Shown here: positions 24,501 to 40,849 of the stretch, in pieces | Layout: each line of letters opens with the position of its first letter | Numbering within the stretch: position 1 is the stretch's first letter | From: Eledone cirrhosa | Taxonomy: Eukaryota | Assembly: GCA_964016885.1 (NCBI GenBank) | Contig: OZ024747.1 | Location: forward strand, 67,704,001 to 67,768,000 | Length of the DNA: 64,000 nt | Direction of reading: 5' to 3' | Position numbers and translations under genes: made by a program | Notes under the pieces: generated by a model | Seen by the model: only the letters and a program-made list of their open reading frames with translations | Told to the model about the DNA's origin: nothing | The model's database searches: none

Positions 24501-27500
24501 ATGTATATTATGTATATTATGCAGATTATGCAGATTATGTATATTATGTATATTATGTATATTATGCAGATTATGCAGATTATGTATATTATGTATATTA
24601 TGTATATTATGCAGATTATGTATATTATGTAGATTATGCAGATTATGTATATTATGTATATTATGTATATTATGCAGATTATGCAGATTATGTATATTAT
24701 GTATATTATGTATATTATGTATATTATGTATATTATGTATATTATGTATATTATGTATATTATGTATATTATGTATATTATGTATATTATGCAGATTATG
24801 TATATTATGTATATTATGTATATTATGCAGATTATGCAGATTATGTATATTATGTATATTATGTATATTATGCAGATTATGCAGATTATGTATATTATGT
24901 ATATTATGTATATTATGCAGATTATGTATATTATGTAGATTATGCAGATTATGTATATTATGTATATTATGTATATTATGCAGATTATGCAGATTATGTA
25001 TATTATGTATATTATGTATATTATGTATATTATGTATATTATGTAGATTATGCAGATTATGTATATTATGTATATTATGTATATTATGCAGATTATGCAG
25101 ATTATGTATATTATGTATATTATGTATATTATGCAGATTATGTATATTATGTATATTATGTATATTATGTATATTATGTATATTATGTAGCTTATGCAGA
25201 TTATGTATATTATGTATATTATGTATATTATGCAGATTATGCAGATTATGTATATTATGTATATTATGTATATTATGCAGATTATGCAGATTATGTATAT
25301 TATGTATATTATGTATATTATGCAGATTATGTATATTATGTATATTATGTATATTATGTATATTATGTATATTATGTATATTATGTATATTATGTAGATT
25401 ATGTAGATTATGTATATTATGCAGATTATGTATATTATGTATATTATGCAGATTATGTATATTATGTATATTATGTATATTATGTATATTATGTATATTA
25501 AGTATATTATGTATATTATGCAGATTATGTATATTATGTATATTATGTATATTATGTATATTATGTAGATTATGTATATTATGTATATTATGCAGATTAT
25601 GTATATTATGTATATTATGTATATTATGTATATTATGTATATTATGTATATTATGTATATTATGCAGATTATGTATATTATGCAGATTATGCAGATTATG
25701 TATATTATGTATATTATGCAGATTATGTATATTATGTATATTATGTATATTATGTATATTATGTAGATTATGCAGATTATGTATATTATGTATATTATGT
25801 ATATTATGTATATTATGTAGATTATGCAGATTATGTATATTATGTATATTATGTATATTATGTATATTATGTATATTATGTAGATTATGCAGATTATGTA
25901 TATTATGTATATTATGTATATTATGTATATTATGTATATTATGTATATTATGCAGATTATGCAGATTATGTATATTATGTATATTATGCAGATTATGTAT
26001 ATTATGTATATTCTGTATATTATGTATATTATGTATATTATGTATATTATGCAGATTATGTATATTATGTATATTATGTATATTATGTATATTATGTATA
26101 TTATGTATATTATGTAGATTATGCAGATTATGTATATTATGTATATTATGTATATTATGTATATTATGTATATTATGTAGATTATGCAGATTATGTATAT
26201 TATGTATATTATGTATATTATGTATATTATGTATATTATGTATATTATGCAGATTATGCAGATTATGTATATTATGTATATTATGCAGATTATGTAGATT
26301 ATGTATATTATGTAGATTATGTAGATTATGTATATTATGTATATTATGTATATTATGTATATTATGTATATTATGTATATTATGCAGATTATGTATATTA
26401 TGTATATTATGCAGATTATGTATATTATGTATATTATGTAGATTATGCAGATTATGTATATTATGTATATTATGCAGATTATGTATATTATGTATATTAT
26501 GCAGATTATGTATATTATGTATATTATGTATATTATGTATATTATGTATATTATGTATATTATGTATATTATGTATATTATGTATATTATGTATATTATG
26601 CAGATTATGTATATTATGTATATTATGCAGATTATGTATATTATGTATATTATGTATATTATGTATATTATGTATATTATGTAGATTATGTATATTATGT
26701 ATATTATGTATATTATGTAGATTATGTATATTATGTATATTATGTATATTATGTAGATTATGTATATTATGCAGATTATGTATATTATGTATATTATGTA
26801 TATTATGTATATTATGTATATTATGTATATTATGTATATTATGTATATTATGTATATTATGCAGATTATGTATATTATGTATATTATGCAGATTATGTAT
26901 ATTATGTATATTATGTATATTATGTATATTATGTATATTATGTATATTATGTATATTATGTATATTATGTAGATTATGTATATTATGTATATTATGCAGA
27001 TTATGTATATTATGTATATTATGTATATTATGTATATTATGTAGATTATGTATATTATGTATATTATGCAGATTATGTATATTATGTATATTATGTAGAT
27101 TATGTATATTATGTATATTATGTATATTATGTATATTATGTATATTATGTATATTATGTATATTATGTATATTATGTATATTATGTATATTATGTATATT
27201 ATGTATATTATGTATATTATGTATATTATGTAGATTATGTATATTATGTATATTATGTATATTATGTATATTATGTATATTATGTATATTATGTATATTA
27301 TGTATATTATGTATATTATGTAGATTATGTATATTATGTATATTATGTAGATTATGTATATTATGTATATTATGCAGATTATGTATATTATGTATATTAT
27401 GTAGATTATGTATATTATGTATATTATGTATATTATGTATATTATGTATATTATGTATATTATGTATATTATGTATATTATGTATATTATGTATATTATG

Positions 27501-30500
27501 TATATTATGTATATTATGTATATTATGTATATTATGTAGATTATGTATATTATGTATATTATGTATATTATGTATATTATGTATATTATGTATATTATGT
27601 ATATTATGTATATTATGTATATTATGTATATTATGTAGATTATGTATATTATGTATATTATGTAGATTATGTATATTATGTATATTATGCAGATTATGTA
27701 TATTATGTATATTATGTAGATTATGTATATTATGTATATTATGTATATTATGTATATTATGTATATTATGTATATTATGTATATTATGTATATTATGTAT
27801 ATTATGTATATTATGTATATTATGTATATTATGTATATTATGTATATTATGTATATTATGCAGATTATGTATATTATGTATATTATGTATATTATGTATA
27901 TTATGTAGATTATGCAGATTATGTATATTATGTATATTATGCAGATTATGTATATTATGTATATTATGCAGATTATGTATATTATGTATATTATGTATAT
28001 TATGCAGATTATGTATATTATGTATATTATGTATATTATGTATATTATGTATATTATGTATATTATGTATATTATGCAGATTATGTATATTATGTATATT
28101 ATGCAGATTATGTATATTATGTATATTATGTATATTATGTATATTATGTATATTATGTAGATTATGTATATTATGTATATTATGTATATTATGTAGATTA
28201 TGTATATTATGTATATTATGTATATTATGTATATTATGTATATTATGTATATTATGTAGATTATGTATATTATGTAGATTATGTATATTATGTATATTAT
28301 GTATATTATGTAGATTATGTATATTATGCAGATTATGTATATTATGTATATTATGTAGATTATGTATATTATGTATATTATGTATATTATGCAGATTATG
28401 CAGATTATGTATATTATGTATATTATGTAGATTATGTATATTATGTAGATTATGCAGATTATGTATATTATGTATATTATGCAGATTATGTATATTATGT
28501 ATATTATGTATATTATGTAGATTATGTATATTATGTAGATTATGCAGATTATGTATATTATGTATATTATGTATATTATGTATATTATGTATATTATGCA
28601 GATTATGTATATTATGTATATTATGTATATTATGTATATTATGTAGATTATGTATATTATGTAGATTATGCAGATTATGTATATTATGTATATTATGCAG
28701 ATTATGTATATTATGTATATTATGTATATTATGTATATTATGTATATTATGTATATTATGTATATTATGTATATTATGCAGATTATGTATATTATGTATA
28801 TTATGTATATTATGTATATTATGTATATTATGTATATTATGTAGATTATGTATATTATGCAGATTATGTATATTATGTAGATTATGTATATTATGTAGAT
28901 TATGCAGATTATGTATATTATGTATATTATGCAGATTATGTATATTATGTATATTATGTATATTATGTATATTATGTAGATTATGTATATTATGCAGATT
29001 ATGTATATTATGTATATTATGTATATTATGTATATTATGTATATTATGTATATTATGTATATTATGTAGATTATGTATATTATGCAGATTATGTATATTA
29101 TGTATATTATGTATATTATGTATATTATGTATATTATGTAGATTATGTATATTATGCAGATTATGTATATTATGTATATTATGCAGATTATGTATATTAT
29201 GCAGATTATGTATATTATGTAGATTATGTATATTATGTAGATTATGCAGATTATGTATATTATGTAGATTATGCAGATTATGTATATTATGTATATTATG
29301 CAGATTATGTATATTATGTATATTATGTATATTATGCAGATTATGTATATTATGTATATTATGTATATTATGTATATTATGTATATTATGTAGATTATGC
29401 AGATTATGTATATTATGCAGATTATGTATATTATGCAGATTATGTATATTATGTATATTATGTATATTATGTATATTATGCAGATTATGTATATTATGTA
29501 GATTATGCAGATTATGTATATTATGTATATTATGCAGATTATGTATATTATGTATATTATGTATATTATGTATATTATGCAGATTATGTATATTATGTAT
29601 ATTATGTATATTATGTATATTATGTATATTATGTAGATTATGTATATTATGCAGATTATGTATATTATGTATATTATGCAGATTATGTATATTATGTATA
29701 TTATGTATATTATGTATATTATGTATATTATGTATATTATGTATATTATGCAGATTATGTATATTATGTATATTATGTATATTATGTATATTATGTATAT
29801 TATGTAGATTATGCAGATTATGTATATTATGTATATTATGTATATTATGTATATTATGTATATTATGTATATTATGCAGATTATGTATATTATGTAGATT
29901 ATGTATATTATGCAGATTATGTATATTATGTATATTATGCAGATTATGTATATTATGTATATTATGCAGATTATGTATATTATGTATATTATGTATATTA
30001 TGCAGATTATGTATATTATGTATATTATGTATATTATGTATATTATGTATATTATGTAGATTATGTATATTATGCAGATTATGTATATTATGTATATTAT
30101 GCAGATTATGTATATTATGTATATTATGTATATTATGTATATTATGTATATTATGTATATTATGCAGATTATGTATATTATGTATATTATGTATATTATG
30201 TATATTATGTATATTATGTATATTATGCAGATTATGTATATTATGTAGATTATGTATATTATGCAGATTATGTATATTATGTATATTATGCAGATTATGT
30301 ATATTATGTATATTATGCAGATTATGTATATTATGTATATTATGTATATTATGCAGATTATGTATATTATGTATATTATGTATATTATGTATATTATGTA
30401 TATTATGTAGATTATGTATATTATGCAGATTATGTATATTATGTATATTATGCAGATTATGTATATTATGTAGATTATGTATATTATGCAGATTATGTAT

Positions 30501-33500
30501 ATTATGTATATTATGCAGATTATGTATATTATGTATATTATGCAGATTATGTATATTATGTATATTATGTATATTATGCAGATTATGTATATTATGTATA
30601 TTATGTATATTATGTATATTATGTATATTATGTAGATTATGTATATTATGCAGATTATGTATATTATGTATATTATGCAGATTATGTATATTATGTATAT
30701 TATGCAGATTATGTATATTATGTAGATTATGCAGATTATGTATATTATGTATATTATGTATATTATGCAGATTATGCAGATTATGTATATTATGTATATT
30801 ATGTATATTATGTATATTATGTATATTATGTATATTATGTATATTATGTATATTATGTATATTATGTATAGTATGTATATTATGCAGATTATGTATATTA
30901 TGTAGATTATGCAGATTATGTATATTATGTATATTATGTATATTATGCAGATTATGCAGATTATGTATATTATGTATATTATGTATATTATGTATATTAT
31001 GTATATTATGTATATTATGTATATTATGTATATTATGTATATTATGTATATTATGTATATTATGTATATTATGCAGATTATGTATATTATGTATATTATG
31101 TATATTATGCAGATTATGCAGATTATGTATATTATGTATATTATGTATATTATGCAGATTATGCAGATTATGTATATTATGTATATTATGTATATTATGC
31201 AGATTATGTATATTATGTAGATTATGCAGATTATGTATATTATGTATATTATGTATATTATGCAGATTATGCAGATTATGTATATTATGTATATTATGTA
31301 TATTATGTATATTATGTATATTATGTAGATTATGCAGATTATGTATATTATGTATATTATGTATATTATGCAGATTATGCAGATTATGTATATTATGTAT
31401 ATTATGTATATTATGCAGATTATGTATATTATGTATATTATGTATATTATGTATATTATGTATATTATGTAGCTTATGCAGATTATGTATATTATGTATA
31501 TTATGTATATTATGCAGATTATGCAGATTATGTATATTATGTATATTATGTATATTATGCAGATTATGCAGATTATGTATATTATGTATATTATGTATAT
31601 TATGCAGATTATGTATATTATGTATATTATGTATATTATGTATATTATGTATATTATGTATATTATGTATATTATGTAGATTATGTAGATTATGTATATT
31701 ATGCAGATTATGTATATTATGTATATTATGCAGATTATGTATATTATGTATATTATGTATATTATGTATATTATGTATATTATGTATATTATGTATATTA
31801 TGCAGATTATGTATATTATGTATATTATGTATATTATGTATATTATGTAGATTATGTATATTATGTATATTATGCAGATTATGTATATTATGTATATTAT
31901 GTATATTATGTATATTATGTATATTATGTATATTATGTATATTATGCAGATTATGTATATTATGCAGATTATGCAGATTATGTATATTATGTATATTATG
32001 CAGATTATGTATATTATGTATATTATGTATATTATGTATATTATGTAGATTATGCAGATTATGTATATTATGTATATTATGTAGATTATGTATATTATGT
32101 ATATTATGTAGATTATGCAGATTATGTATATTATGTATATTATGTATATTATGTATATTATGTATATTATGTAGATTATGCAGATTATGTATATTATGTA
32201 TATTATGTATATTATGTATATTATGTATATTATGTATATTATGCAGATTATGCAGATTATGTATATTATGTATATTATGCAGATTATGTATATTATGTAT
32301 ATTATGTATATTATGTATATTATGTATATTATGTATATTATGCAGATTATGTATATTATGTATATTATGTATATTATGTATATTATGTATATTATGTATA
32401 TTATGTAGATTATGCAGATTATGTATATTATGTATATTATGTATATTATGTATATTATGTATATTATGTAGATTATGCAGATTATGTATATTATGTATAT
32501 TATGTATATTATGTATATTATGTATATTATGTATATTATGCAGATTATGCAGATTATGTATATTATGTATATTATGCAGATTATGTAGATTATGTATATT
32601 ATGTAGATTATGTAGATTATGTATATTATGTATATTATGTATATTATGTATATTATGTATATTATGTATATTATGCAGATTATGTATATTATGTATATTA
32701 TGCAGATTATGTATATTATGTATATTATGTATATTATGCAGATTATGTATATTATGTATATTATGTAGATTATGTATATTATGTATATTATGCAGATTAT
32801 GTATATTATGTATATTATGTATATTATGTAGATTATGTATATTATGTATATTATGTATATTATGTATATTATGTATATTATGTATTATGTATATTATGCA
32901 GATTATGTATATTATGTATATTATGCAGATTATGTATATTATGTATATTATGTATATTATGTATATTATGTATATTATGTAGATTATGTATATTATGTAT
33001 ATTATGTATATTATGTAGATTATGTATATTATGTATATTATGCAGATTATGTATATTATGTAATTATGCAGATTATGTATATTATGTATATTATGTATAT
33101 TATGTATATTATGTATATTATGTATATTATGTATATTATGTATATTATGTATATTATGCAGATTATGTATATTATGTATATTATGCAGATTATGTATATT
33201 ATGTATATTATGCAGATTATGTATATTATGTATATTATGTATATTATGCTATATTATGTATATTATGTATATTATGTAGATTATGTATATTATGTATATT
33301 ATGTATATTATGTATATTATGTATATTATGTATATTATGTATATTATGTATGATTATGTATATTATGTATATTATGTATATTATGTAGATTATGTATATT
33401 ATGTATATTATGTATATTATGTATATTATGTATATTATGTATATTATGTATATTATGTATATTATGTATATTATGTATATTATGTAGATTATGTATATTA

Positions 33501-36500
33501 TGTATATTATGCAGATTATGTATATTATGTATATTATGTATATTATGCAGATTATGTATATTATGTATATTATGTATATTATGTATATTATGTAGATTAT
33601 GTATTATGTATATTATGTATATTATGTATATATGTAGATTATGTATATTATGTATATTATGTATATTATGTATATTATGTATATTATGTATATTATGTAT
33701 ATTATGCAGATTATGTATATTATGTATATTATGTAGATTATGTATATTATGTATATTATGTATATTATGTATATTATGTATATTATGTATATTATGTATA
33801 TTATGTATATTATGTAGATTATGTATATTATGTATATTATGTATATTATGTATATTATGTATATTATGTAGATTATGTATATTATGTATATTATGCAGAT
33901 TATGTATATTATGTATATTATGCAGATTATGTATATTATGTATATTATGTATATTATGCAGATTATGTATATTATGTATATTATGCTATATTATGTATAT
34001 TATGTATATTATGTATATTATGTATATTATGAGATTATGTATATTATGTATATTATGCAGATTATGTATATTATGTATTTATGTATATTATGTATATTAT
34101 GTATATTATGTAGATTATGTATATTATGTATATTATGTATATTATGTATATTATGTATATTATGTATATTATGTATATTATGTAGATTATGTATATTATG
34201 TATATTATGTATATTATGTAGATTATGTATATTATGTAGATTATGTATATTATGTAGATTATGCAGATTATGTATATTATGTATATTATGTATATTATGT
34301 ATATTATGTATATTATGTAGATATGTATTATGTAGATTATGTATATTATGTATATTATGTATATTATGTAGATTATGTATATTATGCAGATTATGTATAT
34401 TATGTATATTATGTATATTATGTATATTATGTATATTATGTATATTATGTAGATTATGTATATTATGCAGATTATGTAGATTATGTAGATTATGTATATT
34501 ATGTATATTATGCAGATTATGTATATTATGTATATTATGCTAGATTATGTATATTATGTATATTATGTATATTATGTATATTATGTATATTATGTATATT
34601 ATGCAGATTATGTATATTATGTATATTATGTATATTATGTATATTATGTATATTATGCAGATTATGTATATTATGTAGATTATGTATATTATGTAGATTA
34701 TGCAGATTATGTATATTATGTATATTATGCAGATTATGTATATTATGTATATTATGTATATTATGTAGATTATGTATATTATGTAGATTATGCAGATTAT
34801 GTATATTATGTATATTATGTATATTATGTATATTATGTATATTATGCAGATTATGTATATTATGTATATTATGTATATTATGTATATTATGTAGATTATG
34901 TATATTATGTAGATTATGCAGATTATGTATATTATGTATATTATGCAGATTATGTATATTATGTATATTATGTATATTATGTATATTATGTATATTATGT
35001 ATATTATGTATATTATGTATATTATGCAGATTATGTATATTATGTATATTATGTATATTATGTATATTATGTATATTATGTATATTATGTAGATTATGTA
35101 TATTATGCAGATTATGTATATTATGTAGATTATGTATATTATGTAGATTATGCAGATTATGTATATTATGTATATTATGCAGATTATGTATATTATGTAT
35201 ATTATGTATATTATGTATATTATGTAGATTATGTATATTATGCAGATTATGTATATTATGTATATTATGTATATTATGTATATTATGTATATTATGTATA
35301 TTATGTATATTATGTAGATTATGTATATTATGCAGATTATGTATATTATGTATATTATGTATATTATGTATATTATGTATATTATGTAGATTATGTATAT
35401 TATGCAGATTATGTATATTATGTATATTATGCAGATTATGTATATTATGCAGATTATGTATATTATGTAGATTATGTATATTATGTAGATTATGCAGATT
35501 ATGTATATTATGTAGATTATGCAGATTATGTATATTATGTATATTATGCAGATTATGTATATTATGTATATTATGTATATTATGCAGATTATGTATATTA
35601 TGTATATTATGTATATTATGTATATTATGTATATTATGTAGATTATGCAGATTATGTATATTATGCAGATTATGTATATTATGCAGATTATGTATATTAT
35701 GTATATTATGTATATTATGTATATTATGCAGATTATGTATATTATGTAGATTATGCAGATTATGTATATTATGTATATTATGCAGATTATGTATATTATG
35801 TATATTATGTATATTATGTATATTATGCAGATTATGTATATTATGTATATTATGTATATTATGTATATTATGTATATTATGTAGATTATGTATATTATGC
35901 AGATTATGTATATTATGTATATTATGCAGATTATGTATATTATGTATATTATGTATATTATGTATATTATGTATATTATGTATATTATGTATATTATGCA
36001 GATTATGTATATTATGTATATTATGTATATTATGTATATTATGTATATTATGTAGATTATGCAGATTATGTATATTATGTATATTATGTATATTATGTAT
36101 ATTATGTATATTATGTATATTATGCAGATTATGTATATTATGTAGATTATGTATATTATGCAGATTATGTATATTATGTATATTATGCAGATTATGTATA
36201 TTATGTATATTATGCAGATTATGTATATTATGTATATTATGTATATTATGCAGATTATGTATATTATGTATATTATGTATATTATGTATATTATGTATAT
36301 TATGTAGATTATGTATATTATGTATATTATGCAGATTATGTATATTATGTATATTATGTATATTATGTATATTATGTATATTATGTATATTATGCAGATT
36401 ATGTATATTATGTAGATTATGTATATTATGCAGATTATGTATATTATGTATATTATGCAGATTATGTATATTATGTATATTATGCAGATTATGTATATTA

Positions 36501-37225
36501 TGTATATTATGTATATTATGTATATTATGTATATTATGTATATTATGTATATTATGTATATTATGTATATTATGTATATTATGTATATTATGCAGATTAT
36601 GTATATTATGTATATTATGTATATTATGCAGATTATGTATATTATGTAGATTATGTATATTATGCAGATTATGTATATTATGTATATTATGCAGATTATG
36701 TATATTATGTATATTATGCAGATTATGTATATTATGTATATTATGTATATTATGTATATTATGTATATTATGTATATTATGTATATTATGTATATTATGT
36801 ATATTATGTATATTATGTATATTATGTAGATGATGTATATTATGCAGATTATGTATATTATGTATATTATGTATATTATGTATATTATGTAGATTATGTA
36901 TATTATGTATATTATGTATATTATGTAGATTATGTATATTATGCAGATTATGTATATTATGTATATTATGCAGATTATGTATATTATGTATATTATGCAG
37001 ATTATGTATATTATGTATATTATGTATATTATGTATATTATGTATATTATGCAGATTATGTATATTATGTATATTATGTATATTATGTATATTATGTATA
37101 TTATGTAGATGATGTATATTATGCAGATTATGTATATTATGTATATTATGTATATTATGTATATTATGTAGATTATGTATATTATGTATATTATGCAGAT
37201 TATGTATATTATGTATATTATGTAT
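21504..37225. repeat. 15.7-kb 9-bp satellite (TTATGTATA)n with TTATGCAGA and TTATGTAGA variants, ~1,750 units
   Basis: Direct inspection. Confidence 0.99.
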
Positions 37226-37251
37226 CATATATCATGTCACATAATAATATA

Positions 37252-37434
37252 ATAATAATTGTTTCTACTTTAGGCACAAGGCCAGCAATTCCCCAGTGCA
37301 TTACTGGTACTTTATTTTATCAACCCCGTAAGGATGAAAGGCAAAGTCAACCTCGGCGGGATTTTATCTCAGATCATACAGGGAGGTAACTCTGTGCTTC
37401 AAAGCATGGCGCCCGACCCTCTACCGATACTGCA
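37252..37434 (-). mobile_element. tRNA-derived SINE copy
   Basis: Matches the family consensus ...ccgccgaggttgactttgcctttcatccttacggg...aaaataaagtaccagt...aattgctggccttgtgcctaaagtagaaac. Confidence 0.85.
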
Positions 37435-37543
37435 TATGCTTATATGATGTAGTGTGGTTCATATTTTATACCTTATTCTTTATATTTTTTGATATTTTAT
37501 ATCTTATATTTCTTACCTTTATAGTCATTATATTGGTGTACGT

Positions 37544-37764
37544 GGAGGGCGGTGGAGTGACAGTCTCGGGCATGATTTGTAGCATAGAGTTACGGGCCTT
37601 TACATTCTGAGTTCAAATTCCGCCAAAGTTAACTTTGCCTTTCATCCTTACGGGGTCGCTAAAATAAAGTAGCAGTAATGCACTGGGGTCGATTTAATCA
37701 ATTTTCTCCCTTAAAAATGTTCCCTTAAAATTGCTGGCCTTGTGCCAAAAATAGGAACAATTAT
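37544..37764 (+). mobile_element. tRNA-derived SINE copy
   Basis: B box-like GAGTTCAAATTCC, central cctttcatccttacggggtcg domain and gctggccttgtgcc tail. Confidence 0.85.
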
Positions 37765-37779
37765 ATTGGTTGCAGTATT

Positions 37780-39187
37780 AGTGGTGGTGGTGGTGGTGGT
37801 GGTGGTGGTGGTGGTGGTGGTGGCGGTGGTGGCGGTGGTGATAGTGGTGGTGGCGGTGGTGGCGGTGGTGATAGTGGTGGTGGCGGTGGTGGTGGTGGCG
37901 GTGGTGGTGGTGGTGGTGGCGGTGGTGGCGGTGGTGGCGGTGGTAGTGGTGGTGGCGGTGGTAGTGGTGGTGGCGGTGGTAGTGGTGGTGGCGGTGGTAG
38001 TGGTGGTGGTGGCGGTGGTGGTGGTGGCGGTGGTGATAGTGGTGGTGGCGGTGGTGGTGGTGGCGGTGATAGTGATGGTGGTGGTGGTGATAGTGGTGGT
38101 GGTGGTGGTGTTGGTGGTGGTGGTGGTGGCGGTAGTGATAGTGTTGGCGGTGGTGATAGTGGTGGTGGCGGTGATAGTGGTGGTGGCGGCGGTGATAGTG
38201 GTGGTGGCGGTGATAGTGGTGGTGGCGGTGGTGATAGTGGTGGTGGCGGTGGTGGTGGTGATAGTGGTGGTGGCGGTGGTGGTGGTGATAGTGGTGGTGG
38301 CGGTCGTGATAGTGGTGGTGGCGGTGGTGGTGATAGTGGTGGTGGCGGTGGTGATAGTGGTGGTGGCGGTGGTGGTGGTGGCGGGGCGGTGGTGGTGGTG
38401 GTGATAGTGGTGGTGGCGGTGGTGATAGTGGTGGTGGCGGTGGTGATAGTGGTGGTGGCGGTGGTGGTGGTGGTGGCGGTGGTGGTGGTGATAGTGGTGG
38501 TGGCGGTGGTGATAGTGGTGGTGGCGGTGGTGGTGGTGATAGTGGTGGTGGCGGTGGTGGTGATAGTGGTGGTGGCGGTGGTGGTGATAGTGGTGGTGGC
38601 GGTGGTGATAGTGGTGGTGGCGGTGGTGGTGGTCGTGGCGGTGGTGGTGGTGATAGTGGTGGTGGCGGTGGTGGTGATAGTGGTGGTGGCGGTGGTGGTG
38701 ATAGTGGTGGTGGCGGTGGTGATAGTGGTGGCGGTGGTGGTGATGTGGTGATAGTGGTGGTGGTGGTGGTGATAGCGGTGGTGGTGGCGGCGGTGGTGAT
38801 AGTGGTGGTGGCGGTGGTGGTGGCGGCGGTGGTGATAGTGGTGGTGGCGTGGTGATAGTGGTGGTGGTGGTGGTGATAGTGGTGGTGGCGGTGGTGATAG
38901 TGGTGGTGGCGGTGGTGGTGGTGGTGGTGGCGGCGGTGATAGTGATGGCGGTGGTGGTGGTGGTGGTGGTGGCGGTGGTGATAGTGATAGTGGTGGCGGT
39001 GGTGGTGATAGTGGTGGTGGTGGTGGTGATAGTGGTGGTGGCGGTGGTGATAGTGGTGGTGGAGGTGGTGATAGTGGTGGTGGTGGTGGTGATAGTGGTG
39101 GTGGCGGTGGTGATAGTGGTGGTGGTGGTGGTGATAGTGGTGGTGTGTGGTGGTGATAGTGGTGGTGGTGGTGGTGATAGTGGTGGT
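37780..39187. repeat. 1.4-kb (GGT/GGC/GATAGT) compound microsatellite
   Basis: Direct inspection. Confidence 0.97.
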
Positions 39188-40059
39188 GAGAGGCCAACAC
39201 GTGGGACCCCATTTGCTCACAATACGGAGAGATGGGGAGGGCGAGAGAGATGGAGGCGATGACAGTGGGAGTTCGGACCACACCCCTGTGGTTGTGTCCA
39301 TCAAGTCCTAGTGCAGTAATGAAATATATGTAAAAATTATATTGGTGTACGTGGCTCGTTTATATATCTCTTTATTCGGCATTTGACCTCACTTGACATA
39401 TATTCATTATCTAACCATTTCCGATACAGTCTAGCTCACATACATCGGCCATTACAGTGAATTATGTTCTCATACTCTTGGGTTTACATCTTTAGTCCTA
39501 TCTGTCCTGAAATAACACTATGCCTACATCAAACCGAATTACAAGGAATCGAATAGACATGGATATAAAATAATATATTAACTAAGCCATATATCCATTC
39601 ATCATATTGCATTGCAATATAATGAATGGATATATAGCATCCCAGACGGAGGGAAAAATTATACACTAAACAAAAAAATAGATGCTTAATAAGTATTTCT
39701 GCTCTAGTGAAAACTTGTTATCTAATATTTAAGTATGTGCACTAACAGCTCTCTTGTGGCAGGAACTGTATGTGTCAGTTTATTAATATATTGTCACAGT
39801 ATTTTTTATTTTACTTAGTATATACATTGCAACATGTGAGATGTGTGGACTATCTGAAATAAACATGATTAACTATACTATTTTGTAAATTGATAAATAA
39901 TAGTTGATATGAGGATAAAGCAGCTGGACCAAAACACAAGAATACTTATATTGAAATTGTCGTATAGTTTATGCCAACTATCACCCACACTTAAATATTC
40001 ATATATTTATTACTTACTTGTCTGTTGTGGTACATTTATTTATCTTTCCACATTATTGT

Positions 40060-40226
40060 TGTAGTATCGGTAGAGGGTCGGACGCCATGCTTTGCAGCAA
40101 AGAGTTACGGCTCTTTATGATCTGAGCTCAAATCCCGCCTTTCATCCTTACGGGGTCGATAAAATAAAGTACCAGTAATACACTGGAATAATTGCTGGCC
40201 TTGAGCCACAAGTAGAAATAATTATT
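40060..40226 (+). mobile_element. tRNA-derived SINE copy
   Basis: gtatcggtagagggtcggacgccatgc...gagctcaaatcccgcctttcatccttacggggtcgataaaataaagtaccag...gctggccttg. Confidence 0.85.
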
Positions 40227-40402
40227 GCTATATGGATTAATTGTAGATATGACCAAATTCTTTATTAGTTCACCATCGGTCAACACTTTCACTTTCCGGC
40301 CTTCTATTGTTTCATATCTTCGCAAAAACATCAACAATTCTTCTTCTTCTTCTTCTTCTTCTTCTTGAAGGACATACAGAAATACAGAGCGAGAGAGAGA
40401 GA

Positions 40403-40464
<62 letters not shown>

Positions 40465-40849
40465 TATCATCATCATCATCATCATCATCATTATCATCAT
40501 CACCGTTTTACATCCGTTCTTCCACGCTAGCGTGGGTTAGACGGGTTGTCCTGTTTTGTGGGCAGTGTCCAGTCGGCTGACCTTGTCTTGCTCATACGGG
40601 AACTGATATATATATATATATATGTATATAGTATATATTTATATATATATATAGAGAGAGAGATGGAGGGGGAGAGAGAGAGATGGAGAGCGAGAGGGTA
40701 GAGAGAGGGAAAGAGAGAGTAATACACACACATACAAACGACCCCTCAAAAAACTCCGTATTCTTTTCGTTTGTTCGCAAGTTCTGTTTCAGTGAGAGAG
40801 AGGGGGAGGTGGAATGCCTGAGAGGTGGAGTAGTATTTCCCCATCTCTA

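Noticed and set aside
21379-37389. 3867-aa (CIL/CRL)n ORF and the overlapping (YYV)n, (MYI)n and (HNI)n ORFs
   Set aside because: Automatic result of a 9-bp unit that is stop-free in several frames; no non-repetitive domain.
37742-39304. Extensin-like, poly-His and poly-Val ORFs (also 18961-19801 and 57137-57853)
   Set aside because: Translations of (GGT)n microsatellites.
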